From the human T2T-CHM13v2.0 reference genome, Homo sapiens: a stretch of DNA of 64,000 nucleotides. Of the stretch, positions 41,221 through 53,634 are shown piece by piece. Where the stretch lies: assembly GCF_009914755.1 (NCBI RefSeq), contig NC_060927.1; one strand, given 5' to 3'. The notes beneath the pieces were generated by a model that saw only the letters and a list, made by a program, of their open reading frames with translations, did no database searches and had not been told where the DNA came from. The first letter of the stretch is position 1. Each line of letters begins with the position of its first letter. Both the position numbers and the translations under genes were made by a program.

Positions 41221-41746
41221 GTTTAGTATGTGTCTTTAATTTATCATAGTTTTCCTGAAAGTATTATCATACAACTTTAAGAATACTTAAATAGTATAAT
41301 TCCATTTCTCCACTCTGTGTCTCTATGCTGTTGTTTTCATATATTTTAGTCCTATGTGCGTTATTAACTCTAACTACACTTTTATTATTTTTCTTTAATG
41401 GGTTATATTTTAAAGAGATTTAAATAATAACAAAAGATTATATATTTTTCAATACAGTTGCCATTTATGGTGCTCTTCATTGCTCGTTTATGTCTACATA
41501 TCTATCCAATATACTATACGTTTCACACTGAAGGACTTCTTTAGCATTTCTTGTAGTGTGGTTTTGTTATTAATACTTTTTTTTAGATTTCTATCCCTTA
41601 TAAAGTCCTCACTTACCCTTCACTTTGAAAGATGGTTTCTCTGGATTGGCAATCCTAGATTCATAGTTATTTTTGTTTTCTTTCTGGACCTTAAATACAC
41701 TTCCCTGCTTTGTTGCCATTGTTTCTGATGAAATATATCTGCTGTA

Positions 41747-41881
41747 TATATACGCATATATATATCATATATACACACATACGTCTACCTTTATTATAAA
41801 ATTTATTAACACTAGAAGATGTGTGGCACAAAGTTTACAAATAATAATAAAATATATGATATTCTGTTTTTTTTAAAAAAA
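41747..41881 (+). other. Unidentified 135-bp retroposed insert with AATAAA and short A-tail
   Basis: Perfect 17-bp direct repeats GAAATATATCTGCTGTA (41730-41746, 41882-41898); AATAAA 41846-41851; A7 41875-41881. Confidence 0.7.
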
Positions 41882-44851
41882 GAAATATATCTGCTGTAAT
41901 TCTTACCTTTGTTTCTTTTTGTGTTCTGAGTCTTTTTTCTCAGAATACTTTTAAGATTTTCCCTTCCTGGCTGCTTTTAAGCAATTTGGTTATGTGATAG
42001 TTTGATGCCGTTTTCTGCAGATTTTTTGTGCTTTGAAGTTGTTTAGCTTCTTAAAACTTGGTTTATTGTTTTTAATCAAATCTAGACATATTCAGTCACT
42101 TTTTCTTCTGCTCTCATTTCTTTGAAGGCTCGAATTGCATGTGTCTAAGCCATTTGATGCCATCCCACAGCTTATTTAGGTTCATTCTATTGCTATTTCT
42201 TTAAGTTCATTTAAGAAAATATTTTCTTCTGTAATGTCCTATTTGGTGTTAATGCTGTCCATAGATTGCCACATTAGAAATTGTAGTTTTCATTTTTAAA
42301 TGTTCAATTTGTTCTTTAATTTTTTTCATGTCTCGACTTGATTTTTGAACATATAGATACAGATTAAATAACTTTCTTTGTTCTTGATTGTGAATTCTAA
42401 CATATCTGTCAGTTCTGGGTTAATTTTGAATGATTATTCTCTGAACTATGGGCTTATATTTTTATTTATTTTTTGCCTTTTTGTTAATATTTCACTGCAT
42501 GGTAGCCATTTTAAATTTTACTTTTTGGGTAATGGATATTTTGCATTTTTACATGTATTATTGAGCTTTAATCTGGGATGTGGTTAAATTAATTGGACTT
42601 ATTAATTATTTTGCTTCTTGCTTTTAATATTTGTTATGCAGGAACAGAGCAAAGCCTAGTCTAGGGTTTATTATTTCCTACTACTGAGGTAAGATCATTC
42701 TGAGTACTTTTCCAATGTCCTATGACATACTGCATACTTATGAAGCCTTCCTTTGCCAGTACTAGAAACTGTTCCCTTTAATCCTTGGAGATAGTTCCTT
42801 CCATGTTTTCAGATAGCTTCTTCATATGCAGTGTGTTGATCAACATTCTGCTGAATACTTTAGGGGAACATTCTGAAGATCTTTGGAGTTCTTTTCCTGT
42901 GTGGCTTTTTAGTATTTGGTACTATTAATATATCCTGCAACCGCATCTACCTTAGTTTGCTACACTTTTAATTCTCTCTCTTCATGTTATTGTAACCCCT
43001 GAACTCTGCGTAGGTTCCTTCTTCTGATGCCATTCCTGAATCTCTCCAAAGACAGAAATCAATATTAGGGCTCACTTCATTTTTTTTCTTATATCTAAGC
43101 ATTCAATGTATTTTGTTGCTTGATGTCCAATGTCCTGAGAACCATTGTATTATATATTTTGTCCGTTTTTTAATTATTTGTTTGTTTTAGGCAGATATAG
43201 AAATCTGACCCCTTTTACCTCATCTTCACTGAAAGCAGAAGCCTCTTTAATAGTATTTTTAATGTTTTTGATTATTATAGCAAATAAGGAGGAAAAAAGG
43301 AGAAGAGAACATTTGCTAAAGCTATATATCTTCTTATAAATTGGTAGGTGGAGCATCAAGTTCCTAAGATAAAAAATATTTTGACTGCCATTAAAATTAA
43401 GAAAGACAAAAGACATCACTTGAACTAATTCGAAGAAAAGCCAACATTGTCGTAAGACTACATTTCTCAACTTTAAAGATAGTATGCTGTGTCAAAGGGT
43501 GAAATCCCAGACAGTGCAAAGCGCTGGCTTTAGCCGCCTAAGCTGCATGGTATCCTGAAGATTGTCTTGTCATGCTGGAAGGTCAGGTTCACAAGGCTCA
43601 CTAGAGAGGTTTCTCCCCACATAGAGAGAAAAAAGGAGTAGCAGAAGTTTTCTGCTTACTGAGAAGATAACTTTGGTCTCAGTGTGAGAGCAGGGTGGTC
43701 ACAGTTCTCCAGGCTGAACTTTCTGTAAGCCTATCTATAATGCTTATGCAGGGAGTAGAAAGGAGAGTTTGACTGTAACCTTTTCTCTTTTTTAGGACCT
43801 GATAGCATGTATCTAGCGATGACAAAAAAAAAAAAAAAAGAAAAGGGTAGGAGATACCAAAAAAACATCTAGCATTGTAGGTAATTTTCACATAAGGAAA
43901 ATAAAACCATGACACAATTCTAAGCAGTCATGAAATGGGAGGGGAAAAGAAAAATGAAATAGAATGCAAGCACAACAGAGTTGTAAAAAAAAAAAGCCAT
44001 ATTTTTAAGAGTTTATGATGTTGGAGCCAATTTCTCTGGGCCATTGCCTTTAAACTGTTAAAGGCTGTCTGTGACTTTTTTGGTCAATTTTATAGTTCAG
44101 ACATTGTAACTATATTACCAAGTGATGTTAGTATACCAATCAATGTTTATACAATTCATGTTTTTGTTGAATGTCATTTATTGGCTTTCATTTAAAAGGC
44201 TTCTCAGGTATTGATCAATTTTTGAAAGAGGTTTTGATCATTAACTTTCCCTCTACTCTAAAGATTACATGTAAATATATAGATATGTCTATACACACAT
44301 AATATATACACAGAGAGAAATCTAGTTGAACTATGTTAACAACTTTCACTTTTTCAAATTCCACTTAAGTATTTCGCTTAAAATTGGTGGCAAGTTTTAT
44401 TGTTTAAAAACTTCTTACAATAACCTGGCTACCTTTCTTCGTTTTCCTAAATTTGTTTTATCTATTTTAACATTTGTTCAAATGTTAAAATTTAAATTAT
44501 CTGCTGATAAAAATCACATGTATTTTCAGTGTTATCTGGTGACGTTTATGTTTTAGCCATCTTAGAACCATATGGAAATAGCTGTTTTGGGATTATGTTC
44601 TTAGGCTCTTTAATACAACTAACCAAGGCATCTTGAACTTATACTAGTCCTTCATTGTCTCCCTCTTATTGATTAGGATATACTTGTATCCTAGATGACT
44701 GATAATTATACTCACAGATTTTCCATTCGAAATATATTTACTTTCCCATATAAAGTAATTTTTTGATAACATGTTTCAACCAGTGACTTTTATCTAGTCA
44801 CTGAAGTTATATATCAATACATCATTGAGACATGATCCACAATTTATATAA

Positions 44852-45422
44852 TGTGATAGTTAATACTGAGTGACAACTGTATTGGATTGAAAGATGCAAA
44901 GATGAACTGTATTGTATTGAAAGATGCAAAGTACTGTTTTCGGGTGTGTCTTTGAGGGTATTGCCAAAGGAGATTAACATTTGAATCAGTGGACTGGGAG
45001 ACAGGCCCACCCTTAATCTGGGTGGGCACAATCTAACTGGCTTCCAGCAGGGCCCAAACAAAGCAGGCAGAAGAACCTGGAAAGAGCAGACTTGCTGAGT
45101 CTTCCTGCCTTTATCTTTCTTCTTTGCTGGATGTTTCCTGCCCTTGAACATCAGACTCCAAGTTCTTCAGCTTTGGACTCTTGGACTTACACAAGTGATT
45201 TGACGGGGCTTTCAAGCCTTCAGCTTGACTAAAGGCTGCACTGTCAGCTTCTCTACTTTTAGAGTTTTGGGACTTGGACTGGCTTCCTTGCTTCTTAGCC
45301 TGCAGATGGCCTATTGAGGGACTTCACCTTGTGATCATGTGAGAAAATTTTTCTAATAAACTCCTCTTGATATATACACATATCCTGCTAGTTCTGTCCC
45401 TTTGAGAACCCTGACTAATATA
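44852..45422 (+). mobile_element. MLT2A2 LTR (5' LTR of HERV-L provirus)
   Basis: TGTGATAGTTAATACTGAGTG...GAGAACCCTGACTAATATA; left TSD TATAA (44847-44851). Confidence 0.93.
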
Positions 45423-45499
45423 GATTCTGGTACTGGGAATGGTTCTAGAGGAACAGAAGTTTAGAGTTCTTTAGTTGGTTTTGGGGTTTCTGGAGTTGG

Positions 45500-47200
45500 A
45501 TGCTAAATATGATTAAACCCAAAAGTTCTAAGGACCCTACTTCTAATAGTATGGAGAACACTGATAGTCCTTGGTGTGAAATGTTTAAAGAACTATGCAA
45601 AACAAATGTATTTGATACTCCTGATTCACCTTTCATGAGAGGCAAGGAGTTTAGCGTCTCTATACATAATACCTTTGACCACATGCGGATAACCAAGGAA
45701 TATAATGAAGTTGGTTGGTTGCTCCTAAGTTTGCTGGACAACGTGACTAAAGGAAAAGGTGAACTCAGGGATTCTGTCTGCTGGCTCCAGAAGCACATAC
45801 TGAGCCTCAAGTCTCCTAAGATTGCCCTGAGTGAGAGTCTCACCTCCTGTAGCAAAGGGCTGAAATTATGGAAAGTCAGACACAAGCTCTTATCATGCGA
45901 GTGGCTGACCTGCAATGAAAGGTGCATGCTCAGTCTCACCAGGTGTCTACTGTTGAAGTGAGGACATAGAATGGAAAAGAATGGGACCCTGCAATTTGGA
46001 ATGGGGAATGTTTAGGAGGGCCCTGATGAAGCTGGGGACACTGAGCTTGTAAACTCTGGTGAGCCTTTTTTCCCAGAGAAAACATTCTGCCCACCCACAG
46101 TGGGGGCAACATCCCCTCCCCCACCCACACTGCAATCAGCCTTTCCATCTTTGACTGAGGAGGTTAACCATGTGTTGCCTGAGGCAGCAGTGATGGCCTC
46201 CCCTGAGGCAGTTACCAGTCAAGGCAATGCTGCTTTTCCTCAAGACCCACCCTCTACACGCCTGTTTTCTTCTAGACCTATAACTAGACTCAAGTCCTGT
46301 CCGGATCCTAGAGGGGAGATTCATATTGTGGCCCACAAAGAGATACACTACACTCCAAAAGAATTGCCTGAGTTTTCTAATTTATATAAGCAGAAATCTG
46401 AAGAACAGGCATGGGAATGGATGTCAAGGGTGTGGGATAATAGTGGAAGGAACGTAACATTGGATCAGGCTGAATTTACTGATACAGTCTCACTAAGCAG
46501 GGGCTCTGCATTGAATGCTGCAGCTCAGGAAGTTAAAAAAGGTTCTAGTAGTTTATTTGCTTGGTTAGGTGAAATAAGGATCAAAAGATGGCCCACTGTG
46601 AGTGAGCTGAAAATGTCCTATCTCCCTGGGTTTAATGTAAAGGAAGGGATGCAAAGGGAGATTTGAATGCCAGTGTGGATTAGTCACTTTAGACCTACTC
46701 ATCCCGCCTGGGAGAATCCAAAGACATACCCTTCACCAATACTTTGTGAAACAGATTTGTGAGGGGAGCAACTGCATGCTTGAAGAGCTCTGTGATTGCT
46801 TTTTTCTGTATGCCAGATCTTACAGTGGGAACTGCAGCTACTCAATAAGAAAATTTAAATACAATGCGAATAATTGGATCTCAAGGTGGCAGGGACCAAA
46901 TGGTGACACACAAACATCAAAGGCAAGGTGGGCATCATTACCTTAATGGATAGCAGAGGCAAAGCAGCAATCAGAATTGTCTGACTCATGTAGAGCTCTG
47001 GCATTGGCTAATTTATCGCAATATTCCTAGAAGTGAAATTGATAGGAAACTTACTGCATTCCTACTTAATTTGTATAAGCAGAAAACTTCCAGGTTGAGT
47101 CAACAAAAGTATATTTTGATTTATAAAAATAAAAAATCACAGCCCCATCAATCCATTTCCATACTTGAACCAGTTTATAGACCCAGAACGCCTTGAATGA
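45500..47200 (+). pseudogene. HERV-L gag remnant (ORFs 45500-45961, 46100-46666)
   Basis: MENTDSPWCEMFKELCK..., YTPKELPEFSNLYKQKSEEQAWEWMSRVWDNSGRN; frameshifts and stops. Confidence 0.8.
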
Positions 47201-47299
47201 AGGGGAGGCCAGGTCCCCTTGAGGAAGGACCCCACTATGTTATCGACAGTTTATACTGTTAATCTTTCTCCCATCCTTCCACAGGGAAACCTCCGGCCT

Positions 47300-48040
47300 T
47301 TTACCAGGGTAACTGTGCACTGGGGAAAAGGAAAATGATCAGACATTTCGGGGAATGTCTGTCTCTGAGCTGACACTGATTCCAGGGGGCCCCAATTGTC
47401 ACTGTGGTCCTCCCGTTAAAGTAGGGGCTGATGGAGGTCAGGGAATTAATTAACTGAGTTTCAGCTTAGGTCCGATTTACAGTGGGTCCAGTTGGTCCCT
47501 GGACTCATCCTGTGGTCATTTCCCCAGTCCCAGAATGTAAAATTGGCATAGACATATTTAGCAGTTGGCGGAACCCCACACTGGCTCCCTGACTGGTAGG
47601 GTGAGAGCTATTATGGCAGAAAAGGTCAAATGGAAGCCATTAGAGCCGTCTCTACCTAGAAAAATAGTAAATCAAAAACAGTATTGCATCCCTGAAGGAA
47701 TTGTGGAGATTAGTGCCACCATCAAGGACTTGAAAGACGCAGGGGTGGTGATTCCCACCACATCCCCATTCAACTCTCCTATATGGCCTGGCCTTACCAT
47801 GTTCCCCATCATCCTGAAACAGCTGGATGGATAGAACGGTGGAATGCCCTTATGAAGTCATAATTATAATGCCAATCTAGGTGGCAATACTTTGCAAGGC
47901 TGAGGCTAACTTCTCCTGAAGGCTGTGTATGCTCTGGATCAGTGTCCAATATATGGTACTGTTTCTCCCATAGCCAGGATTGATGGGTCCAGGAATCAAG
48001 GGGCGGAAGTGGAACCACTCACCATCACCTCTAGTGACCC
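47300..48040 (+). pseudogene. HERV-L protease/RT N-terminus fused by deletion to the distal integrase core
   Basis: KWKPLE...NQKQY...SPFNSPIWP immediately followed (other frame) by [17 protein letters not shown]. Confidence 0.82.
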
Positions 48041-48485
48041 TGTATTAGTCAAGGTTCTCTAGTGGGACAGAACTAAAGAAATAGACATATACAAAAAGGG
48101 GAATTTATTAAGTACTAACTCACATGATCACAAGTTCCCACAATAGGCTGTCTGCAGGCTGAGGAGAAAGGAGAGCCAGTCTGAGTTCCAAAACTGAAGA
48201 ACTTGGAATCCAATGTTCAAGAGCAGGACTCATCAAGCACTGGAGAAAGATGTAGGCTGAGAGGCTAGGACAGTCTCTCTTTTCACATTTTCCTGCCTGC
48301 TTTATATTCTAACTGCACTGGCAGCTGATTAGACTGTGCCCACCCAGGTTAAGGGTGGGTCAGCCTTTCCTAGCCCACTGACTCAAATGTTAATTTCCTT
48401 TGGCAACACCCTCACAGACACACCCAGGAACAATACTTTGTATCCTTCAATCCAATCAAGTTAACACTCAGTATTAACTATCACA
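48041..48485 (-). mobile_element. MLT2A1 solo LTR nested antisense in HERV-L
   Basis: 445 bp, TGTATTAGTCAAGGTTCTCTAG...GTATTAACTATCACA; perfect 5-bp TSD GACCC (48036-48040, 48486-48490). Confidence 0.95.
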
Positions 48486-48503
48486 GACCCACTAGCAAAA
48501 TTC

Positions 48504-48815
48504 TTGCCTCCTGTTCCCGTGACATTATGTTCTGCTGGCCTAGACCTCTTCTTTCCAGAGGGAGGAATGCTGCCACCACAGGACACAACAATACTTTCAT
48601 TAAACTGGAAGTTAAAATTGCCACCTGTTCACTTTGGCCTTCTCTTATCTCTAAGTCAACAGGCTAGGAAGGGAGTTACAGTGTTGGCTGGGGATATTGA
48701 CCTGGACTATCAAGATGAAATCAGTCTACTGCTCCACAATGGAGGTAAGGAAGAATATATGGAATACAGGAGATCTCTTAGGGCATCTTACAGTATTACC
48801 ATGCTCTGTGACTAA
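48504..48815 (+). pseudogene. HERV-L dUTPase remnant
   Basis: SAGLDL (motif 1), GLLLSLS (motif 2-like), GDIDLDYQDEI (motif 3); similarity lost after ...GGKEEY. Confidence 0.85.
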
Positions 48816-49342
48816 GTTCAATGGGAAACTATAACAGCCCAATCCAGGCAGAACTACAAATGGTCCAGATCCTTCAGGAATGAAAGTTTGGGTCACTCCA
48901 CCAGGTAAAAATCCATGACCTTCTGTGGTGCTTGCTGAAGGTAAAGGGAATATAGAATGGGTAGTAGAAGAAGGTAGTCATCAATACCAGCTACAACCTT
49001 GTGACCGGTTGCAGAAACGGGGACAGTAATTGTCAGAAGTATTTTCTCCTTGTTTTGTTAAGAACACTTTTGTGCATGTATACATTTGTACTAAGAACAT
49101 ATCTTCATTTCATTTTCTTTCTTTTTCCTTTATCATGTGACATAAGATTTATTGACTTCATATCAGCATTTAACTGTTGTTAACTTCATGTAATCACATT
49201 TAGGTTAAAGATTAGTGTGCTTCTGGTTGTACGAAGGATAGTTGTTTTGTGTTCTGTGTAATTGTGATCTTATTTGCTTTATTTGAAAATTATATATAAT
49301 TTCAGGAAATGTTTATGGATTCAAGCTGACAACGAGTGTACT

Positions 49343-49890
49343 TGTGATGATTAATATTGAGTGTCAAATTGATTGGACTGAAGGATGCACAGTATTGTTC
49401 TTGGGTGTGTCTTTGAGGGTGTTGCCAAAGGAGATTAACATTTGAATCAGTGGACTGGGAGAGGCAGACTCACCCTCAATCTGAGGGGGCACCATCTAAT
49501 CAGCTGCCAGTGCAGCTGGAATAAAAGCAGGCAGAAAAATAGTGGAAAGAACAGACTTGCTGAGGCTTCCAGCCTTCATCTTTCTCCTGTACTGGATGCC
49601 TTCTGCCTTCAAACATTGGACTCCAAGTTCTTCAACTTTTGGATTCTTGGACTTACACCAGTCATTTGCCAGTGGCTCTAGGGCCTTCAGCCACAGACTG
49701 AAGGTTGCACTGTTGGCTTCCCTACTTTTAAGGTTTTGGGACCGAGACTGCCTTCCTGGTTCCTAAGCTTGCAGACGCCTATGTGGGACTTCACCTTGTG
49801 ATCGTGTGAGTCAATACTCCTAATAAACTCCCCTTTATATATACATATATCCTATTAGTTTTGCCCCTTTAGAGAACCCTGACCAATATA
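49343..49890 (+). mobile_element. MLT2A2 LTR (3' LTR of HERV-L provirus)
   Basis: TGTGATGATTAATATTGAGTGTCAA...GAGAACCCTGACCAATATA; right TSD TATAA (49891-49895). Confidence 0.94.
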
Positions 49891-50147
49891 TATAACCAGA
49901 AATTTTAGTCTAAATGTGTTTCACTATTGAACTTAAGAGTATGCTGCATTTAAGAAGACCACAAAATAAACTTTCAGAATTAATAATCTCATGTGTAAAG
50001 TGCTTTTCTGGTTGTGTCAGAAGTGATTTTAATTATGTTTATGTACATAGTAGCTGTTAGGTCAATTAATAGAGATTTTATTTTATCTCTTTATGTCAAA
50101 TAACAGTAATAAAAAATAAGGATTTATACAATGAGACTAGGAAGAAA

Positions 50148-50310
50148 ACAGTGTGATATAAAGGTGAGAGACAGCACTGTCAAATCAGTTGGTTTTATTT
50201 CCTTCTCAGAAAATTACCTGTGTGACTGCAGATAAGTTCTTTAACATTTCTGAATTTTGACATAATTGTACTCAAAGTGCCTAGCACAAAATCATAAGGC
50301 AATGGAATTG
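50148..50310 (+). mobile_element. MIR fragment
   Basis: TACCTGTGTGACTGCAGATAAGTTCTTTAAC...AAAGTGCCTAGCACA. Confidence 0.55.
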
Positions 50311-50789
50311 TTATTGTTCTTTTATGAAAATTTATGACATAATATAAAAGTTTCTCTATCTCTCTCCAATTGATATGCTGTCTTCCAGATCAAAATAGAT
50401 TGGAAAGGTTTGGGTTTTCCTTGAGAAATGACATAAATAATTTAGGTTACCAACCCAAGCTGAATTCCAGTGATGCCCAAAATGTCACGAAAGCCTAATC
50501 CAAACGACTTAAGCGTATAGCTAATTTTTACAGGGTTAGATCAATATTAAAATGGACTTTTTGGTCATTTAGTATGTTTAAGCCACTGAATAGGGAAGCC
50601 TTTCTTTTTGTCCTGCATTACTAGTCTAGTCCTTGTTAAATCAAATTCTTGATGAGTTTATTCTGATTATTTGACAAATGTAAAATAATTAGTTAAAAAT
50701 TAATAGATTTAATTTCAACCTTGTGAACTTAAAATTTATCTATGACATAAAAAAATGTGTTGCCGTAATAACAACCTATTATACGGTTC

Positions 50790-50864
50790 TTAGGTTAAAC
50801 CATATAAAATTGCTGCTACTTGATCATTTGCAGTAATAATAAAAATAATTTCATGTTCATCTAA
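50790..50864. mobile_element. MADE2 (mariner MITE)
   Basis: TTAGGTTAAACCATATAAAATTG...AATTTCATGTTCATCTAA, ~75 bp with inverted termini. Confidence 0.7.
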
Positions 50865-52344
50865 TCAAAGATAATAGATTATTGTAAAAAGGATTAAAAA
50901 ATTTCAAAAGGGGTGTTGCTTTCAGAATCATGGAAAACAATCATTTTATTCTAGCTGCATTTGAAGAAATTATATTCTGGCATATCAGACATAATATGCA
51001 ATATTTGGCTTTGTTACCTTGCTGCTCAAATTGGCATTATTTAAATACACTTTTTTTTAAAAGCACCTTTTCCTGGAAAGATCTTGACACTCAATGGCAT
51101 AACATCTCCAAGTTTCAGGCTGTCAGACAGTCACTTTGGCACTGTCAAGCAAAAGGCTAATGAGTCTGAGATGGTCCTAAAATAAGGACTAAAACATTTG
51201 GAAGGCCTGGCAGATAGCATTAAATAAATGGGAAATAATCAGCTTTAGAGCAGTTGATTAGGAAAGAGGGCAAATTTTACTTGCAAATTGGACATAGTTG
51301 GCAGGTTAACCTGAGCAGGTCTCAGTGCTATTGAAATCTCATAATGGCGCTTTGTGAATCCTTGCTCTTAAGCTTTGACATTTTATAATTAAGTTACTTA
51401 GTGTATTGTTTCTTTTGTGGGTGATGGGCTGTTTAATAGAGAAAAATCTTTATAAACTGCTAAAATGCATTTAGTCTATTAATTTAAATAAGTATCATTT
51501 GCCTAAAATGAAATCAGCAAATTATCTTTCGATTTACTCTTTTCCAGCCAGCACCACTTCTATCAAGTTGCCTTTTATTTTTTTCTTAATTCAACAGTTT
51601 GGGAAATGATTACCATTGGACATCCCTATTTAATTCCTCCAAAACATGAGCGCTTGAATGGATTTGTAGTGGGTTGCATTAAACTGTTTTTGTTATGATG
51701 TTTTATTTTGAAATTTTAACTGACAGAGAAAATGCTGAATATATTTGTGAAAAAATACATGTATCCAAATTGCTAGAAGAAAAGCTCTTATCCTTATGCC
51801 TTATATAAAACTGATGCATTAAAACTAGAGGAAAATTATTTAATATATATTTCATTTATATAATATTAGTTATCCAATTTATTGCCTACGAGAAAACTTA
51901 TATAATGATTAAGAAAAATCTCACAAACTAAAAATGAAAATTTTCTTATAATATTGTATATAATTAAATTGAGATATGACATTATTTTAGGATTTTCTTT
52001 GATATGTTATGAGTAAGGTAACTCAGAAATAACTTGCGTCAGTTCTACTCCTGTAATTATGTGGAATTATGTTAATTAGACTAACCAAAATGTGTTAAAC
52101 ATTAGTGATTAATGATAAGAAAAATTGTGAAAAGTCTAACAAAATTCTAAACTGATCTTGACTGAATATTTTTGCACCAAATGAAAGGAGTTATGCCAAT
52201 AAATGGAACAATTACATGCTAATAAAAATAGCAATAATGATACATATAAAGATCAAGATTTAGATTCTACTAAAAATTTCAAGCCATTGATATCTCTACA
52301 TCAGAGATAACAAAGTAATACTATATAGCATATTATCCTTTAAT

Positions 52345-52455
52345 TAACCACTTTGCAGTTTTCAAGGTATTTATATTTATTGTCTCATTTGTTCCTCATG
52401 AGAACCCTATGGCAATGCTGACTGTGCTGGAAACCAAATCTAAGAGATGGGACAT
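52345..52455 (-). mobile_element. MIR fragment
   Basis: CACTTTGCAGTTTTCAAG...TCTCATTTGTTCCTCATGAGAACCCTATG. Confidence 0.55.
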
Positions 52456-52534
52456 CAAACTTCTGTGTTTTGCAATAATAGAATAGGTTATTCTTCTTAA
52501 TTATTAATGAAAACTCTATTAGCACAGATGATAC

Positions 52535-52854
52535 TGTTATGTTTTGAATACATCCACCAAAAAAACAGGTGTTGGAAACTTAATCCCTTATGTCACAGTG
52601 TTGAGAGGCCGGGCCTAATGAGGTGATCAGGCCATGAGGATGGAAGTAACAGATTAATGCTATTATTGCAGGAGTGGATTTCTTATAAAATGACAAGTTT
52701 GACTCCCTCTTGCTCTTTTGCTCTTTCTCACCCTCCCCTTCCATCTTCTGTCATGGTTCAAGAAGAACCTTGACAGATTCTGTTCCCTTGTTCTTGCACT
52801 ATTTTCCCCCAGTCTCAGGTATTCTGTTATAATAGCACAAAATGGACTAACACA
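52535..52854 (+). mobile_element. MSTD-like MaLR LTR
   Basis: TGTTGGAAACTTAATCCC...CCAGTCTCAGGTATTCTGTTATA...GGACTAACACA. Confidence 0.85.
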
Positions 52855-53634
52855 AATGTCAATATCATATTTATAAACTAATGATGTCAACAAGGTGATA
52901 TTCTAGATTTGATTATAGAGTAAGATCTAAGCCAGATAATTATTGGCTCTCTCCCCTCTAAAAGGTCAAATTATTTTCTCTGTGAAAATCTGGGCATTCT
53001 AGGCTGCAGCTTCTTCTCTCTGAGACTCTCCACTGCTTTGAAGAGCCATTCACTTTGCCATCCCTCTCACTTGCTTAAATGCCACAAGCTGATTATTTTA
53101 TAAATGTGCCTAAGATGGGAAAATTAGGCTTTCCACTAGCTAGCAGATTATTTGAAAATTGAAGTGCAGTCTTACAAATCTTAAAAACTTAGGAAAATTT
53201 TCTGAGTAAAAAAATAATGCTTAGCTTTCTTGCCCAGACGAAAATAATTGCTTTTACAAAAAGATTGTTTTCTGTATCTCAACCTTTATTATCATTTATT
53301 CATGTCAGTTAATAATTTATTGTATGATTTTTATGTTCTCCAAACAAGAGAACTAAATGATTGATAATGTTTGTTCATTTAAAACATTAACTACTTGAAA
53401 TCGTAAGGACATATAATCTCTGCATTCTTGAGCAAAGAGGGAAAAATCTCAAATACATTAAATTAATATATTCTGTTATCTATCAGCTACGCTTATTGTA
53501 AGTTCCTTTGTCATCTGTCATATAAAAATTTTTGAAGCAGTAAATACAAAATTGCTTTCCTTCTGGCTTTAAGTGTTCTGGTAAGACTTTTCAAGTCGGT
53601 CATTTTTATTAGTGACAGGCCAACAAAATTTAAT

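Larger units (their letters stand above)
36240..43233 (-). mobile_element. L1ME1-like ancient LINE-1 relic spanning 3' UTR to 5' end, internally deleted and interrupted by younger elements
   Basis: 3' end ACAGCTTAATTGAGGTATAA; ORF2 endonuclease remnant (ORF 40339-40611, GHFIMIEGSIHQE...DFNTSLS); 5' end-like CTCATCTTCACTGAAAGCAGAAGCC. Confidence 0.75.
45423..49342 (+). mobile_element. HERV-L internal region (gag, pro, deleted pol, dUTPase)
   Basis: Leader GATTCTGGTACTGGGAATGGTTCTAGAGG directly after the LTR; gag, pol and dUTPase remnants; decayed PPT GACAACGAGTGTACT before the 3' LTR. Confidence 0.93.

Noticed and set aside
48504-48815. Functional dUTPase gene
   Set aside because: Non-ATG start, separated from pol by an LTR insertion, loses similarity before the C-terminal motifs
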